Positions 30,692 through 42,964 of a stretch of DNA of 64,000 bases are shown here, piece after piece. Every line of letters begins with the position of its first letter. Within the stretch, counting starts at the first letter, position 1. The notes under the pieces are model-generated. The model ran no database searches and was not told the DNA's origin. It was given only the letters and a program-made list of their open reading frames with translations. The position numbers and the translations under genes are program-made. Source of the DNA: Pseudogymnoascus verrucosus (taxonomy: Eukaryota); assembly GCA_001662655.1 (NCBI GenBank), contig KV460209.1. One strand, written 5' to 3'.

Positions 30692-33600
30692 CTATGAGAA
30701 GAAGTACTGACTGTCCTTGAGACGAGTGACATCGAAAGAGCCCTGTGAATAATTAGTAAAAGTAACTTGGACAATCAAGGGTGGGGATGCATACCTTCTC
30801 TGGAACAGTCGGGAACGACACGGGCAGCCAGACCGAAAGCGCGGCGCCCTTGGAACGGACACGCTTCTTCGAGACGCTTCTGGAAAACGCGTCTTGAGAG
30901 CCCTCATCGGCATCATGCTCGACTTCCATCTCTCCCTCACTATCATCCTCTTCCGGCTCCTCATGCTCCTCGTTCTCGTCCGCATCCTCGTCTTCGATCT
31001 CGACAGACTCCGCGCCCGCAGCCTTAGCCTTCTTTTTCGGCTCTGCAGCGCCCTTTTCCCCGAGTCCTACAACGGGTGTGTCGTTGCCACCCTTAATATC
31101 ATTATACGCCTGCAGTTCCTCGAAAATGCTTGCAGGTGTCACCATAGCCTTGCCCTTTGCGACCGTCTCGGGGTTGTCCGATGCAAGCATGCGCGCGCGC
31201 TTTCGCTCTAGCAATGCTTCAACGAGCTGCATGTTCTTTTGTGACTGCTTCTTAGACTTCTTCCCTTGGGGCCCGCGGTAGGGGTTTTCAATGTGGCCAG
31301 CCTTGACATCCGCGCGCCACTGCTGGACGCGACGGAAGAACTCGGAGTCAGACTTGACATGTGCGAGGTAGAGACTGCCCTTGTATCTGGCATCGAACTC
31401 AGCAGCGAGGCGAACAACGACGTTGTCGGAGTGCATCTGAATGAAGGCGTCACGGAGAACGCCGTTCATGGTATCGATGTCGGCTGCATGGGTCCAGAAG
31501 GAGTCGTGGACGGCAGCGAATGAGAGACCAGCTTCGTCGCATTTGAGGGCCGAGAGCATCATGTGTGTGGCGTCGAGAGAGTGCACGAAGTTGGGGGGGA
31601 AGCCTTGAAGTTGCTTTCGCTTGCTGACTGGGTCAGATCGGTGAGGCTCCGAAATGGTAATCTGCTGTAGATTTGTCTGGACCGTTCGTGACTTCGTTGC
31701 GCGGTATGGCTGAACAATGGGCATTCGTAGAGGAGTTGTCCAGATGACACTTGACTTGAACTGCAACTGCTGCTCTGCATCAACCATAGAGGTCTGGTAG
31801 CGGTTCAGTCGGGGCGCCCTTTGATCCAGTGCCTCTTCGTGGAGTTGTTCAAGCTTGTCCAACTGCTCGGCTGTGATAGATGTCGAGATTCGACTGGCAC
31901 ACTCGCCAAGCCAGTATTGAATATCATGTGCGCCTCTAAACATGGTTCCCAGAGCTTCGAAAATCTTCGTGGCAACATATCCAGATAGCAGACTGACATT
32001 GAAAGTGCCTTCGTTGGGAATGTCGGTGTGAGCAGCGACAAGCTGCTTCCTGACCTGGGCCTGGGCTCCAATATAGGTGACACCATAAACATTCGTCATA
32101 ACCGTTTGCTTGACGACTTTGCGCTTGATTTTACCCTCGAGCCAGATGGCGCACTTGTTCCCATTCTTCCTGTCAACAGCCATCTTCTCCTTGACCAATT
32201 CAGCGACAGCGGTATATACATCAGCTGGTCGATCGCCCGGTTCCAAGTTAACTTGTCTTGCGCCCCATTCGTCGCCGCCAAGAGCCGCATAATGCTGGAG
32301 CCCGTTGCAAGTTCCATCTTGATGCACCGGAAGGTGCGACACAAACTTAGTTGGGTCTCCGGAGTCGAGCGCATTTTTAAGCTCGTGGCAAGCAGCGAGG
32401 CATTGCCAAGGGTCCTCCGCCTGTAGCCACCACCTTCTTCCATTGAGCGGGTTCATTGCAGAATCGTAAATATCATCAATGTGATCAACAGTGTACTGTT
32501 CCCGTTCCTTTAAGCTTGCTTTGTCGAACCCATGGACGTTAGCAAGATGGACTCTCAGCCATTTGAGGCCAGCTTCGCCAAGTTCCCGCCCTTTGCCAAA
32601 TTTGAGGAGGCCACGGCAGTGATCAGCTCCCATATGGTTCAAGTATGGAGGTATAGGATACGCCCGTCCACGGAAATCTAGATTGTGAGGGAAGTAGAAC
32701 TTTTCTTCCCGCAGCGACCGCGCAATCTCGAGCTGGAAATTTTGGAAGCATCGGGCAGAATGGAATCCACTTCGTGTGTTCTCTATAGTCTTCAAACTCC
32801 GTATCCATTTGCGCCTTTCCGTTGGGTCTTTGGATGCCGGCGGTTCGGGCGGATACTCCAACTTCGGATCCTCAGCTGGGAAGTTTGCGATGGCTTCTCC
32901 AGTATTCCAAGCCTCCAGCATGGTGTCAAATACAGGTCGGTTGATCACCCAAGAGGTTTTCCCGAGAACATCCAGCCCTTTGAACATCTGCTCCATATCT
33001 CCTCTTCCAATGGCAGCCTCTTGATATTGCCGTTGGTTTTTATCGCCGCCTTTAATTCGCACGGCCTTTGCCGGATGAGAAATGAAGCCACCTTGGTTAA
33101 ACTCTGACCAGGGCACTGGTTCAGCTACCATTGGGAGATGCTTTGCCAGCAGACTGTGAACGGGCTCACGCTTCAGGGACGCTACCAGCGCGCGATTGGC
33201 GAGAATCATTCCAGTCTTTTTGCCGATTTTGTACTGGTGGGTGTGCGAGAAAGCGGGTTGTATTTGCGTTAAGAGCTCCTGAGTCTTCGTATTTTCCATG
33301 GTGACTGGTACCTTTGCAGTGTCGATGAGCGCAGAGAGAAGGTATGATCCGACTTTAGCCTTAATCGTCGCAGACCACTCCGTGTTCCATTGGTCGGAAA
33401 GATCATGCTCGGCCGCAGAATCTCCTCGTACCAACTTTGCCAGTGAATCTGTCAACTGCTGCCGGGTACGCTTGTTTCTTATTACACGGGCTAGGCCCAG
33501 TCCTTTCCCTGCACTGGCAGTCTTATTCAATTGTTGCCATCCTTGTTTGGTAGTGTTCTTGCGAATAGTCTCGGTGATGCTTTCGTCCTCAAGGTTGGCT

Positions 33601-35054
33601 CCAATTGACATAATGACAGCTGCAAGTGGCATTCCTTTATCCGTCCCATGCGAGCTTAGGCATTGCATAGAGGTTAAAATCGTCACTGCTGCCAGCTTAT
33701 CTGTTGGTAGATACCTCAGAAATGGGCCATATATGCAACGTTCGACATCCAACTGCGACTTCTCTTTTTCCGGTGTCGCTTCCGCCTTATCAATATTTTG
33801 AAGTTCTTGGTTGAGGCGTTGTTCTAGGGCTTCCTGCCACTTCCACATTCTTGCGCCTAAAGACTTGGTTTGAAGTGATGTATCAAGTCCCATCTTGGAG
33901 AGTGAGACGCTCTCCTTCCTCCATCTGTCGACAGCAGAAATGATTGAGTCCTCCTCCAATTTCATTTGACGTAGGCGTTGCTCTTCAACACTGAGGACGT
34001 CGGCATTGAACCCTTCAGGCTTCCGAGAAAATAATGACAGGGACTGCTTGAGCGCCTTCAGCCCGAAACCTCTCTGGGGGGCTGCCCGAACGTCCATAAT
34101 AACCTCAGGTGTTGTTTTTGAGGATTGAAGGTCGGCTGCTGCAATATCGTCCTCCAAATTGGCCTCCTCGTCAACAATAGAGTCCAGTTTCGCAAGTATA
34201 TTGTGCTCAGGCGCGATCTGATTGATAATGTCCAAATCTTCGGCGGACATGATATCAACCATGCTTAGAACCTCCAATCCAACATCTCCACGAGCCATAT
34301 CCATGTATCTTTTTACCAATCTATCCTGGCGGGCTCCTCGGGGAGACTGTAGTGATGTCTTAAGCATAATTGCAATTGTCGTAGCTGTAACTTCGATGCC
34401 CTTGCTTCGCACCATAACTTCGAACCATTTATGCATGTCGTGAGCATGTTCAGCGTTGGGTTCCCTGAGAATCCGTTCCAGAGACGCCTTCAGATACTCA
34501 TTGTGGAGTCTTCCAAGCTCCTCCGGGGAAAGCTTCAGGAACGGTACAGATCGTTTTATTATAGCCGCTGCGCGCTCAATCCGCCCCAGCCTCAAACATG
34601 CCTCCAATATCGCAAAAATTTCTCGTTGTTCTCCTGTAACTCCATTTTTCATCCGCATTCGTTCCGCTGGCAGCGCCAGCGTGTTTTCCAGGGAAATCGT
34701 CTTCGTTGGGTCGAAGGGCATAATAGTCGACAGACGAGACTGGTCTTGTGTATGCCCAGGGTATTTCGATGCAACTTGGTTTATACTATCAACGAATGGA
34801 ATCTCATCCGTCAACGGCATATGTGCAGCTGTTGCCAGCGATCGAACCGTGGGACTTGCGCCATCCTTGGAATTCCGCCTCTTCCTCAATGGAATCGTAC
34901 TATCCCCAGGCGCTGTCGTCAAACTTCGGTGGCATGGCTGCCGCAGTCGTGGGTATGTTGGGCACAACCAGGGAAGGTATAGTTGCTCTCGTGCTGCATT
35001 GTATGATCGGATTGTCTGTAATCGAGTATGCCTCTGTGCAGCTCGAGACAACAT
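30692..35054 (-). CDS. RPO41: Mitochondrial DNA-directed RNA polymerase (T3/T7-type); intron 30794-30743
   Basis: Motifs DFRGRAYP, HQDGTCNGLQHYAAL, RKVVKQTVMTNVYGVT, PPNFVHSLDATH and VHDSFWTH. Splicing restores the typical C-terminus SQYFFS. Arg-rich, presequence-like N-terminus. Confidence 0.97.
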
Positions 35055-35441
35055 GGTGATTTACGAACGGAGAGTGGTAGATCCGAGAGACATTAAAGAT
35101 CGAATAAATTAAACAAGAACTAAATAATCGGACATATAACTTGAAAAGAAAGTATGGAAGAATTGAAGGGGTTAAATGGTGTCGCGTGTGTTCGTCAGAA
35201 ATTGTTCCTGGCGGCCAAATAGGGATGGGTACGGAGATGGGCGGCGATTTTCTTTTTTGCCAAGACTTCCACTCAGTCGGAGTCGCGACCTGACTAATGT
35301 ACGGGGTCCAATGCTTGTATAGTACGGAGTGAAGGCGGTGTCCCAATTCAGCCAATCATATCTATGAAGATTCATCCTTTTCTCGATTCCATATACTGTT
35401 GCACTTTATACAACTCCCAATTCCAATATACAACGCTGGCC

Positions 35442-36632
35442 ATGGTTCAAACTGTGAGCAGGGCCATAAGGGCAACGGCATGTAACAACTGTCGGACCTC
35501 GTTATTACGATCTTTCACGTCGATAGCTGGAGTTCAGTGGCACGCGAACACCGCCACTGCAACCCGGTTATGGAGGACGCCAGGCGCAACCCAGACTTCG
35601 ATTCGATATTCCTCCAATACAAGCGGTAGCTCGTCACAATTTGATCATCAAACATTAGGGACGACTGGGGTGTCTTATGCCGCGAATTTGAAACATACCG
35701 AAGCTACAGAAAGCGCTGTGGCCGAAGAGTTGGCCGCAGAGGAGGCAATTGAACAAGAAGCGATTGAAACCAAGGCAACTCCAGAGGAAGAACCAGTACT
35801 CGAAGAAGATACCCAAGCCGAGTCACAGGCATCCTCAACACCATGGTATCTCCAAGTCGACACTCCCACGACCCATATCCCGACCCTATCTGAGCGCCAG
35901 AAAATCCCCGAACTCCCCTCCTCTCCACCCGCAATTTTGCAACCTCTCCTCGAACGCATCTCTGTTGACCTCGGCCTCGATGACCTCTCCCTACTCGATC
36001 TCCGCAAACTCGATCCCCCTCCTGCTCTCGGCGCTAACCTCATCATGGTTATTGGCACCGCCCGCAGCGAGAAGCACCTCCACGTTTCCGCCGACCGCCT
36101 CTGTCGCTGGCTACGCACAGAGTACAAGCTGCGCCCTGATGCAGATGGACTCCTAGGCCGCAACGAGTTGAAGCTGAGGCTAAAGAGGAAGGCGAAGAAG
36201 GCGAAGTTGACAGGCATGCCGCATGAGGACGATGCGGATGATGGTGTTAGGACGGGCTGGGTGTGCGTCAATGTCGGGACTGTGGAGAGTGCAAAGGATG
36301 CGGAGAGTGAGGTGACACAGCCGGATACTGGGTTTGTGGGCTTTGGGCGCCAGACCGATGGGACCAAAATTGTTGTGCAGATGCTCGTTGAGGAGAAGCG
36401 TGCGGAACTCGACCTCGAACGGTTGTGGAGTGGGATTGCTAGGAGACAGACTTCTGGCCTACTTGCGGAAGTAGATGCAGATGGGTTCGTAGACACCTCA
36501 GAAGGATCCGTGGATGAAATCCCGACGCAGGAGTCATCGCCAGTTGTCAAGGTTCACGACGCCTATGCAACCCCCTTTCCAACCACGGCGTCATTTTCGC
36601 CTGTCGCCGTCCAACCCAAAGGCGACAACTAA
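35442..36632 (+). CDS. ATP25: Mitochondrial ATPase synthesis protein Atp25 (RsfS-like domain), 396 aa
   Basis: PWYLQV and [52 protein letters not shown] 35442 is chosen over 35364 because it gives a presequence-like start. Confidence 0.85.
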   Translation: MVQTVSRAIRATACNNCRTSLLRSFTSIAGVQWHANTATATRLWRTPGATQTSIRYSSNTSGSSSQFDHQTLGTTGVSYAANLKHTEATESAVAEELAAEEAIEQEAIETKATPEEEPVLEEDTQAESQASSTPWYLQVDTPTTHIPTLSERQKIPELPSSPPAILQPLLERISVDLGLDDLSLLDLRKLDPPPALGANLIMVIGTARSEKHLHVSADRLCRWLRTEYKLRPDADGLLGRNELKLRLKRKAKKAKLTGMPHEDDADDGVRTGWVCVNVGTVESAKDAESEVTQPDTGFVGFGRQTDGTKIVVQMLVEEKRAELDLERLWSGIARRQTSGLLAEVDADGFVDTSEGSVDEIPTQESSPVVKVHDAYATPFPTTASFSPVAVQPKGDN

Positions 36633-37067
36633 GCTTCGAAGGCTCCGTGGACAGAGTTCCTGTGATCACAAATTGGGTTCACTGCTAGTAGCTTGATATT
36701 GTTACAAGGGAGCTTTGGGGGTTACGGCACAGCTTTAATAGGTGTCACCATGGTGTGTAATGACGTGGCGACCTCGAACGCCTTTTGTATACGATGTAAA
36801 TTATTGTATAATATGTAGCTATATCCAAGTGCTATTGTCATAGCCTTGCCTGTCTTATGAATGAATCCAATTCTACTGAAAAAACCTTATAGTCTGATGT
36901 ATTTTTATTGGGAGATCTAACTCTTAAGGTGATAATTACCCCTTTTTACAACCCAAAACACCTAACCAGTGAACCCAGCCAGATTTCACCCATATCCAAG
37001 CCACAAATCGCCAAAACTCCTGAAACCCACCCTCCAAAGCGCCATTCCGGATGCAACATTTCGTACT

Positions 37068-39278
37068 CTATGCATCTACAAATGCATCATGAACCGCCTC
37101 ACCCTCCTCGGGCGTCAATGCATTCTCAAGTAGTTCGTGCGCTTGCTGAGATGTGTCTTCACCTATTCCGTACTCTAGGACACCGTGCTCACCAGCAGTA
37201 TAATTCAGTCGTGCCAGTGCAATAAGGTACTTTTGACTGCCTCCATGAACCACCGATAGCTTCTGCTGCATGTCGATTTCCGGGTGTCTCTTGAACAGGT
37301 AATAGAGAAGACGGATGGACTTGGTAATGATTTGAGAGAGGGTGACATGGAACGAGGGATATGAGTACAGTGCGTCCATTGAGCCCGACAAAGCTTTGAC
37401 GATGCGACCTATCGCATGGGGGTGAGCTGCGAGCGCGGCAGAACCAATGGTTGAATATGAGAATGAGATGAGTGTCGTTAGAATCTGTGAGCGCAGTTTC
37501 GCCAGCGTCTTTGCGTCGCACTTTGGTTTGCCTTCTGACGCGACAGGGTTGTTTCCAAGGAGATAACCGACGCGGTCGAGAATATACTTCATCTGGTCGG
37601 GCTGCGAGTCAGGTTCAACGGAGATAGGGCCAATCGAGTCTTTTAGCACGCTCATGGCGAGGAGCTGCAGCATCATGTCGAAGTCCTCTACGGGCTGGTG
37701 TTGGCTCAATGTCATGAGGACAAAGTCGAGACGCATCTGACGCCAAAACCGAGTAGTATATTCCTTGTTGCATATACAGCCAAGGGCGGCCAGGTGTATG
37801 GTTACAAGACAGGCGTGTAGGTCAATATCAGCTTCGTATTTGGAGTATGATTCCTGTCTAAAACGGGGAAGAGCAATGAGGACTGCTGTTTCTTGAGCGG
37901 TGGGTAGTAGGGCGTCGAGGATGAACGGAGCAATGGCCACCGTGCGGAGCTCTAGAGCGAAGGAAAGGAGATCGAGAAGGAGAAAGATAGGCTTGTAATA
38001 TTTTTCGGTCAAGCAGCGAGACCACAGAGAAATAATGAGCTCGCAAAGCTCTATGGGAAAGTCCGTACTGGGCGGATTGGTGCTTAAAGTTGGAAGCTTG
38101 CCCAAAATCAATGACGTCAAAGACTCGTCAGGGGCGGACGGAAATGCAAACTTTGTAAGCTCTTCAATGGTCTTCAGATGGTTTCGGTCAATCTTGTGAT
38201 CCAAGACAGTTTTGAGGAAGTCGAGACTATCGTCGGGTTTACCAAGCTTTTCTGAAAGAGCATCGCCGGGTATCAAACTATCAGCCTGCCCGTCCCGGTT
38301 TATAGCTGTCTCTCCTGGCGCAACATCTAGCGGTGGAGCAGGGCTTTCCTGCCCCCTTCTTTTCCTTTTGGCGCCAGGTTTCCTAGGCGAACTCTGATTC
38401 GATTTCCTGTCGTTGAATTTCGAAGGAGATCTTATCTCATCATCATCGAAGCCGTCTCTGAAAGCAGATGTCTTGTCTTTCTTTGGTGTTGTAACTTCTA
38501 TCCCCAGAGTTACTTTCTCCTTCTGTCTTATCAGACTTCGAACCTTTTCTGACTCTTCGAAGAGATCTCTCTTTGCAAATTCTAGTTCGGTGGCTCTGGT
38601 CTTTTCCGCTTCTTTTGCTGCTTCGATGGCCTTTTGGTTCTTGGTTGAGTTTTCGGCGTTTAATTTTCGAAGGGCAGTCAATTCTCGCTCGTGCTCTTTG
38701 ACTTGTCGTTCTTGCTTGCTTCGCACAATACTTATTTCGCCTGTCTTGGCTAGTAGGTCTTGCCTTAGCTGGTCTTTTTCTTGCTCCAACTCTTCAAGTT
38801 TCTTGCGCAGAGTTTCAACGTCCCCATCCACATTCTGGTATGACTGGTTGCTGCGACCATAGTCTGGTTGAGTGCTTTGCCCAGCTGTGACACTTCTAGA
38901 AGTAGGGAGAGGGTTTTTGTAAAGAGGTTTATTTTGAGGCTGTATCTTGCTTCTATCTGAGAGAGGTTGTGCTGTTTCGCTCCTACTGGGCCGTTGTGCT
39001 TGGAACTGGCGAGCTTGTTGAATAGCAACAGACGACTGGAATTGAGTTAACCGGTTCGTCGGATCAACCTGCGCCCCATCAAACACTACGGCATCATCGA
39101 GGTCCTCATCATCGAGGTCGTCCCCATAGTCAGACGACTGGGCCAGCGTCAGAGCCTGGGTGGCTTGATATTGTGTATAGCGGATTGCATTGTTCTCGAT
39201 TTCATCTAACGCGTCCGGTGCTAACCCATCTAGCCCATCATCGGAGAAGAAGTCATCTCCGTCGGCTGAGTCCGCCAT
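37068..39278 (-). CDS. DNA damage checkpoint protein Rad26/ATRIP/Ddc2 (UvsD)-like
   Basis: Acidic N-terminus (DDFFSDDG..LDEIENNAI), coiled coil with KTGEISIVRS, FRDGFDDDE, basic KRKRR, and a helical C-terminal region with VHGGSQKYLIALARL. Confidence 0.75.
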   Translation of the reverse strand: MADSADGDDFFSDDGLDGLAPDALDEIENNAIRYTQYQATQALTLAQSSDYGDDLDDEDLDDAVVFDGAQVDPTNRLTQFQSSVAIQQARQFQAQRPSRSETAQPLSDRSKIQPQNKPLYKNPLPTSRSVTAGQSTQPDYGRSNQSYQNVDGDVETLRKKLEELEQEKDQLRQDLLAKTGEISIVRSKQERQVKEHERELTALRKLNAENSTKNQKAIEAAKEAEKTRATELEFAKRDLFEESEKVRSLIRQKEKVTLGIEVTTPKKDKTSAFRDGFDDDEIRSPSKFNDRKSNQSSPRKPGAKRKRRGQESPAPPLDVAPGETAINRDGQADSLIPGDALSEKLGKPDDSLDFLKTVLDHKIDRNHLKTIEELTKFAFPSAPDESLTSLILGKLPTLSTNPPSTDFPIELCELIISLWSRCLTEKYYKPIFLLLDLLSFALELRTVAIAPFILDALLPTAQETAVLIALPRFRQESYSKYEADIDLHACLVTIHLAALGCICNKEYTTRFWRQMRLDFVLMTLSQHQPVEDFDMMLQLLAMSVLKDSIGPISVEPDSQPDQMKYILDRVGYLLGNNPVASEGKPKCDAKTLAKLRSQILTTLISFSYSTIGSAALAAHPHAIGRIVKALSGSMDALYSYPSFHVTLSQIITKSIRLLYYLFKRHPEIDMQQKLSVVHGGSQKYLIALARLNYTAGEHGVLEYGIGEDTSQQAHELLENALTPEEGEAVHDAFVDA

Positions 39279-39926
39279 GCCATTGAGAAATCATTAGGAG
39301 CACTTGAAGGGAAATTGAGAGTCGCGATTGTTGCTCAAGGCGGGACGTAAATACGTGAATTGTGCCAGATGTCACCGCTTACAGATTCGGATGCCCGACA
39401 GTCCGAGTCTCCACAGTTCAAAAAGCTTGGAACTGGTATACATATGGGCAAATAACAACGAAAGCAATGGTCTAATATAGTAAAAAGGCATTATTTCTAC
39501 TGTTATCAAATATTCCAAATATCTGGATTTATGGTGCTTGCATTTCTAACGATCAAGATATATCCCAAAACAGCCTACACGTGCTAGATTTACCGCCTGT
39601 CTAGATTACGTATGGAGCTTGTGCGGCAAAGCTAAGAAAACTAACTGCGTCAGCGGCCGCCTTACAATTTAACAACCAACGCTACGAAAAGGGCATCGGA
39701 ACAGACGTCAAAGGGGCATCTTCAAGCCACAGTTCAGTTTTCGCCATAACCCCTTGCGATCCACGGCCTTTTATTTCTAGACCAGTAACTTTCAAATCGC
39801 CCCCTTGAAAGTTGACCTCTCCTTGAATTCTTCGATCACCACATTGTTGAACCCTGAATCGCAAAACACGACAACGGATCAAAAGACCCCGAACTCTTGC
39901 GCCGGCACGCGCGGAAATCCTCAAAA

Positions 39927-41441
39927 ATGGGCAAAACGCGCCGTAATGTCAAATTTAACCATAGGAATGGAAGCGCAACGGGACTTGATGGAGGACGGCG
40001 AAGCAGCTTCTCGGACATAAGTGAGGGTTCCTCGGAGCATACACTGGAGCAGAAGACGGGAGCTGGAGGCGATGTTTCCAACGAGGTGAGGCCTTCTACC
40101 ACAGATAAAACTCTCTGTGTGTGCTAATGTATGTGTCTAGCTTCAACAGACGAAGGCGCAAGAGTACGAGAAAAAGAAGCAGACCTTCATTACCAGAACG
40201 ATATGGACGCTTGTCATGGTTGCGTTCTTCTTCTTAGCTTTGGGCATGGGACATCTTTACATCATCGCCATTGTCACAGCAATCCAAATCGTATCATTCA
40301 AGGAGGTTATTGCCATCGCCAATGTGCCCAGTCGGGCGCGGAGGTTACGGTTCACAAAGTCCCTGAATTGGTACTGGTTAGCGACCACGATGTACTTCCT
40401 TTACGGCGAGAGCGTCATATATTATTTCAAGCATATTGTACTGGTGGATAAGGTTCTTCAGCCATTCGCGACTCACCACAGGTTTATCAGCTTTACTCTT
40501 TATGTTATTGGTGAGTAGTTTCCTCATAACCACTGTGATGCTGTGCTGACCGGTTCTCTATAGGATTCGTCTTCTTCGTCGCATCCCTTCAAGCCGGCCA
40601 CTACCGATTCCAGTTCACCCAGTTCGCATGGACACACATGGCACTCTATCTTATCGTTGTCCAGACGCATTTTATTATGAACAACATCTTCGAAGGAATG
40701 GTCTGGTTCTTTTTGCCAGTGTCCCTGGTCATTTGCAACGACATCTTCGCATACCTTTGTGGTATCACTTTCGGACGTACCCAGCTCATTAAGCTGTCCC
40801 CGAAGAAGACAGTGGAGGGATTTGTTGGTGCTTGGGTCCTCACGGTCATCTTCGGTGTCTTCCTCACAAATGTGCTCATGAGATACGACTACTTCATTTG
40901 CCCTGTGAACGACCTTGGGGCAAACATCTGGACTGGACTCCACTGCAAGGTTAACCCAGTATTCTTAACTCAAGAGTACCCGCTGCCAATCTGGTTTCCA
41001 TTTGCTTCATCGGTCCGCATCGCACCCATGCAATTCCACATTCTGGTCTTTGCGACTTTTGCTTCCCTGATTGCGCCGTTTGGTGGCTTCTTCGCATCTG
41101 GGCTGAAGAGGACCTTCAAGATCAAGGACTTCGGAGATTCTATTCCAGGGCACGGTGGTATCACCGACCGTATGGACTGCCAGTTCATTATGGGATTCTT
41201 CGCCTACATGTATTACCACAGCTTCATTGCTCTTAACAACGTCACCTTGGGAGATGTTATTGAGACCGCCATCCAATTGACAGCGGAGGAGCAGATGGAA
41301 CTGGTCAAGGGGATCAGCAAGCATCTTTATAACCAGGGCGTGATTTCTGATACGGTATGTTCGTGCAAATATTTATCCAGGAGTGGGTTGCTAATATATG
41401 ACTAGGTATTGAGCTGCTTCAACGGCGTCACTCGTAGATGA
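39927..41441 (+). CDS. CDS1: Phosphatidate cytidylyltransferase (CDP-DAG synthase); exons 39927-40085, 40141-40510, 40564-41354, 41406-41441
   Basis: Signatures SPKKTVEGFVG and KIKDFGDSIPGHGGITDRMD. Three GT-AG introns keep the frame. Confidence 0.95.
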
Positions 41442-42495
41442 AAGCCCAAACTCACCACTCTTATGACTTACGGCAAAATACACATAGCATCCAAGCTCAT
41501 TGTTTCTTTTTTTTTTCAACAAAATATGTATAATAAAGGAAAGGGCTAATTATGCCGCTATTCATCCCCTTTCAAAACATCGAGGTCTGGGAACTTGGCA
41601 CTTGGCAAGCAGGCTTTCAAAAGGGCGGAATACGACTTCCCAGCGACGAGGAATATTCGAGGGGACGGACATAGGGTGATGGGATATGGGAGAGAGCTGG
41701 CCTAAAGGTTGGGTAATGTCAAATACGCCGAGGGAGGCCAAGATATGTGCGTGGCCGGACTTGGTTCCCCTGCCGTTGAATGGTTTTCAAGGGATGAGCG
41801 GGAGATCTCTGAGCGTGGGGTCTCGTGGTATACTAGTAATACCAAAGCGCAATTGTAAAGATGCCGGCTGTTTGTTACGTGTATTCCCTGTCCCTCGAGC
41901 CTGATGCATGCTTCCAGAACGAAACCAAAGTAGCCCTTTGTCCCAATCGCAGAAACCTGTGTACTTGTTTGTAAATGGACTGGGAGGCAACGCACTGAAA
42001 GATGTATCTATGAAACTGGGATATAAGTGCCATATCTGCAAGTGGGAGAACTAGTTTCGGGTGCTGACGCAGAGCAGACGACAGCAAGAGAGGGGTACAT
42101 GGCATCAGAGACGGAATCTAAAGCGAGTAAGGTGGATAGAAGTGTGGCAAGTGCCCATGAGAGTAAGAATGAACGAGTCAAGGTATCGCTTTTACCATCC
42201 TCTTTTAGATGTCCCATGCGGAAAGACAAGCTCTGAATTGTCTCTTTCCAAATGTCAAAATATTCCTGTGTGATATAATAGAAGAAATATATGCGTCATA
42301 TTCACCACCAGTAACTGGCTCGAAGCTATAAATAACCCCCTTATTTCCAGTCCTTCTATTTCCTGAATCGATCAACACTCTTGCATACTCATCCAGGCAT
42401 GGTTCTGGTGGGCGCCCAAATAAACCCCCTGAATATATCCTCGAATACACCAGGCCATCAAAAAATTAGCTGCCGTTGGACTACCAGATTCAACA

Positions 42496-42553
42496 GTGAC
42501 AGAGGTACTACGGTGGCACAGGTGCTACGGTGACAGAGATACTACGGTGACAG
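42496..42553 (+). repeat. 17-bp tandem repeat, ~3.4 copies
   Basis: gtgacagaggtactacg / gtggcacaggtgctacg / gtgacagagatactacg / gtgacag. Confidence 0.8.
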
Positions 42554-42964
42554 GAACATAATGGCAGCATTAAAGTTGTCTGTTGGTGTCTTGTTCTCGC
42601 TGTCGCCCGCCATTGGGTGTAACAGAGTCGTATTTAAGTAGGTCAGCTACAGCTGACATCTCTAGTAGGTCTCCGCAGATAATTCGCCGAATGACTCTTG
42701 ACGGGATTTCAAAGGGGGCTTATAGGCAGTTGTGCCGTGAGGGGGAAGCCTCGGTTCAATATCCTTGCTTGGGAAACAGGCTGGAGCGCTCCCGTTCGAG
42801 CAGTGCAACTTATTGTGTTTATTTCTAGTACGACTAGAGGTGGTCTTGAAGTGGTAAAACAAAGTAATGGTATTGTTTGCATCGTACATTCCAAAGCTGC
42901 TATGAGTATATAAATATCCCCCCATTCATTTTACATTTTTCATAACCTCAGCATCTAGACCCCT

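Noticed and set aside
30692..35054. Phage T7-like RNA polymerase as prophage, plasmid or HGT
   Set aside because: It has a presequence-like N-terminus, a spliceosomal intron and the YFFS end, so it is the ordinary nuclear RPO41.
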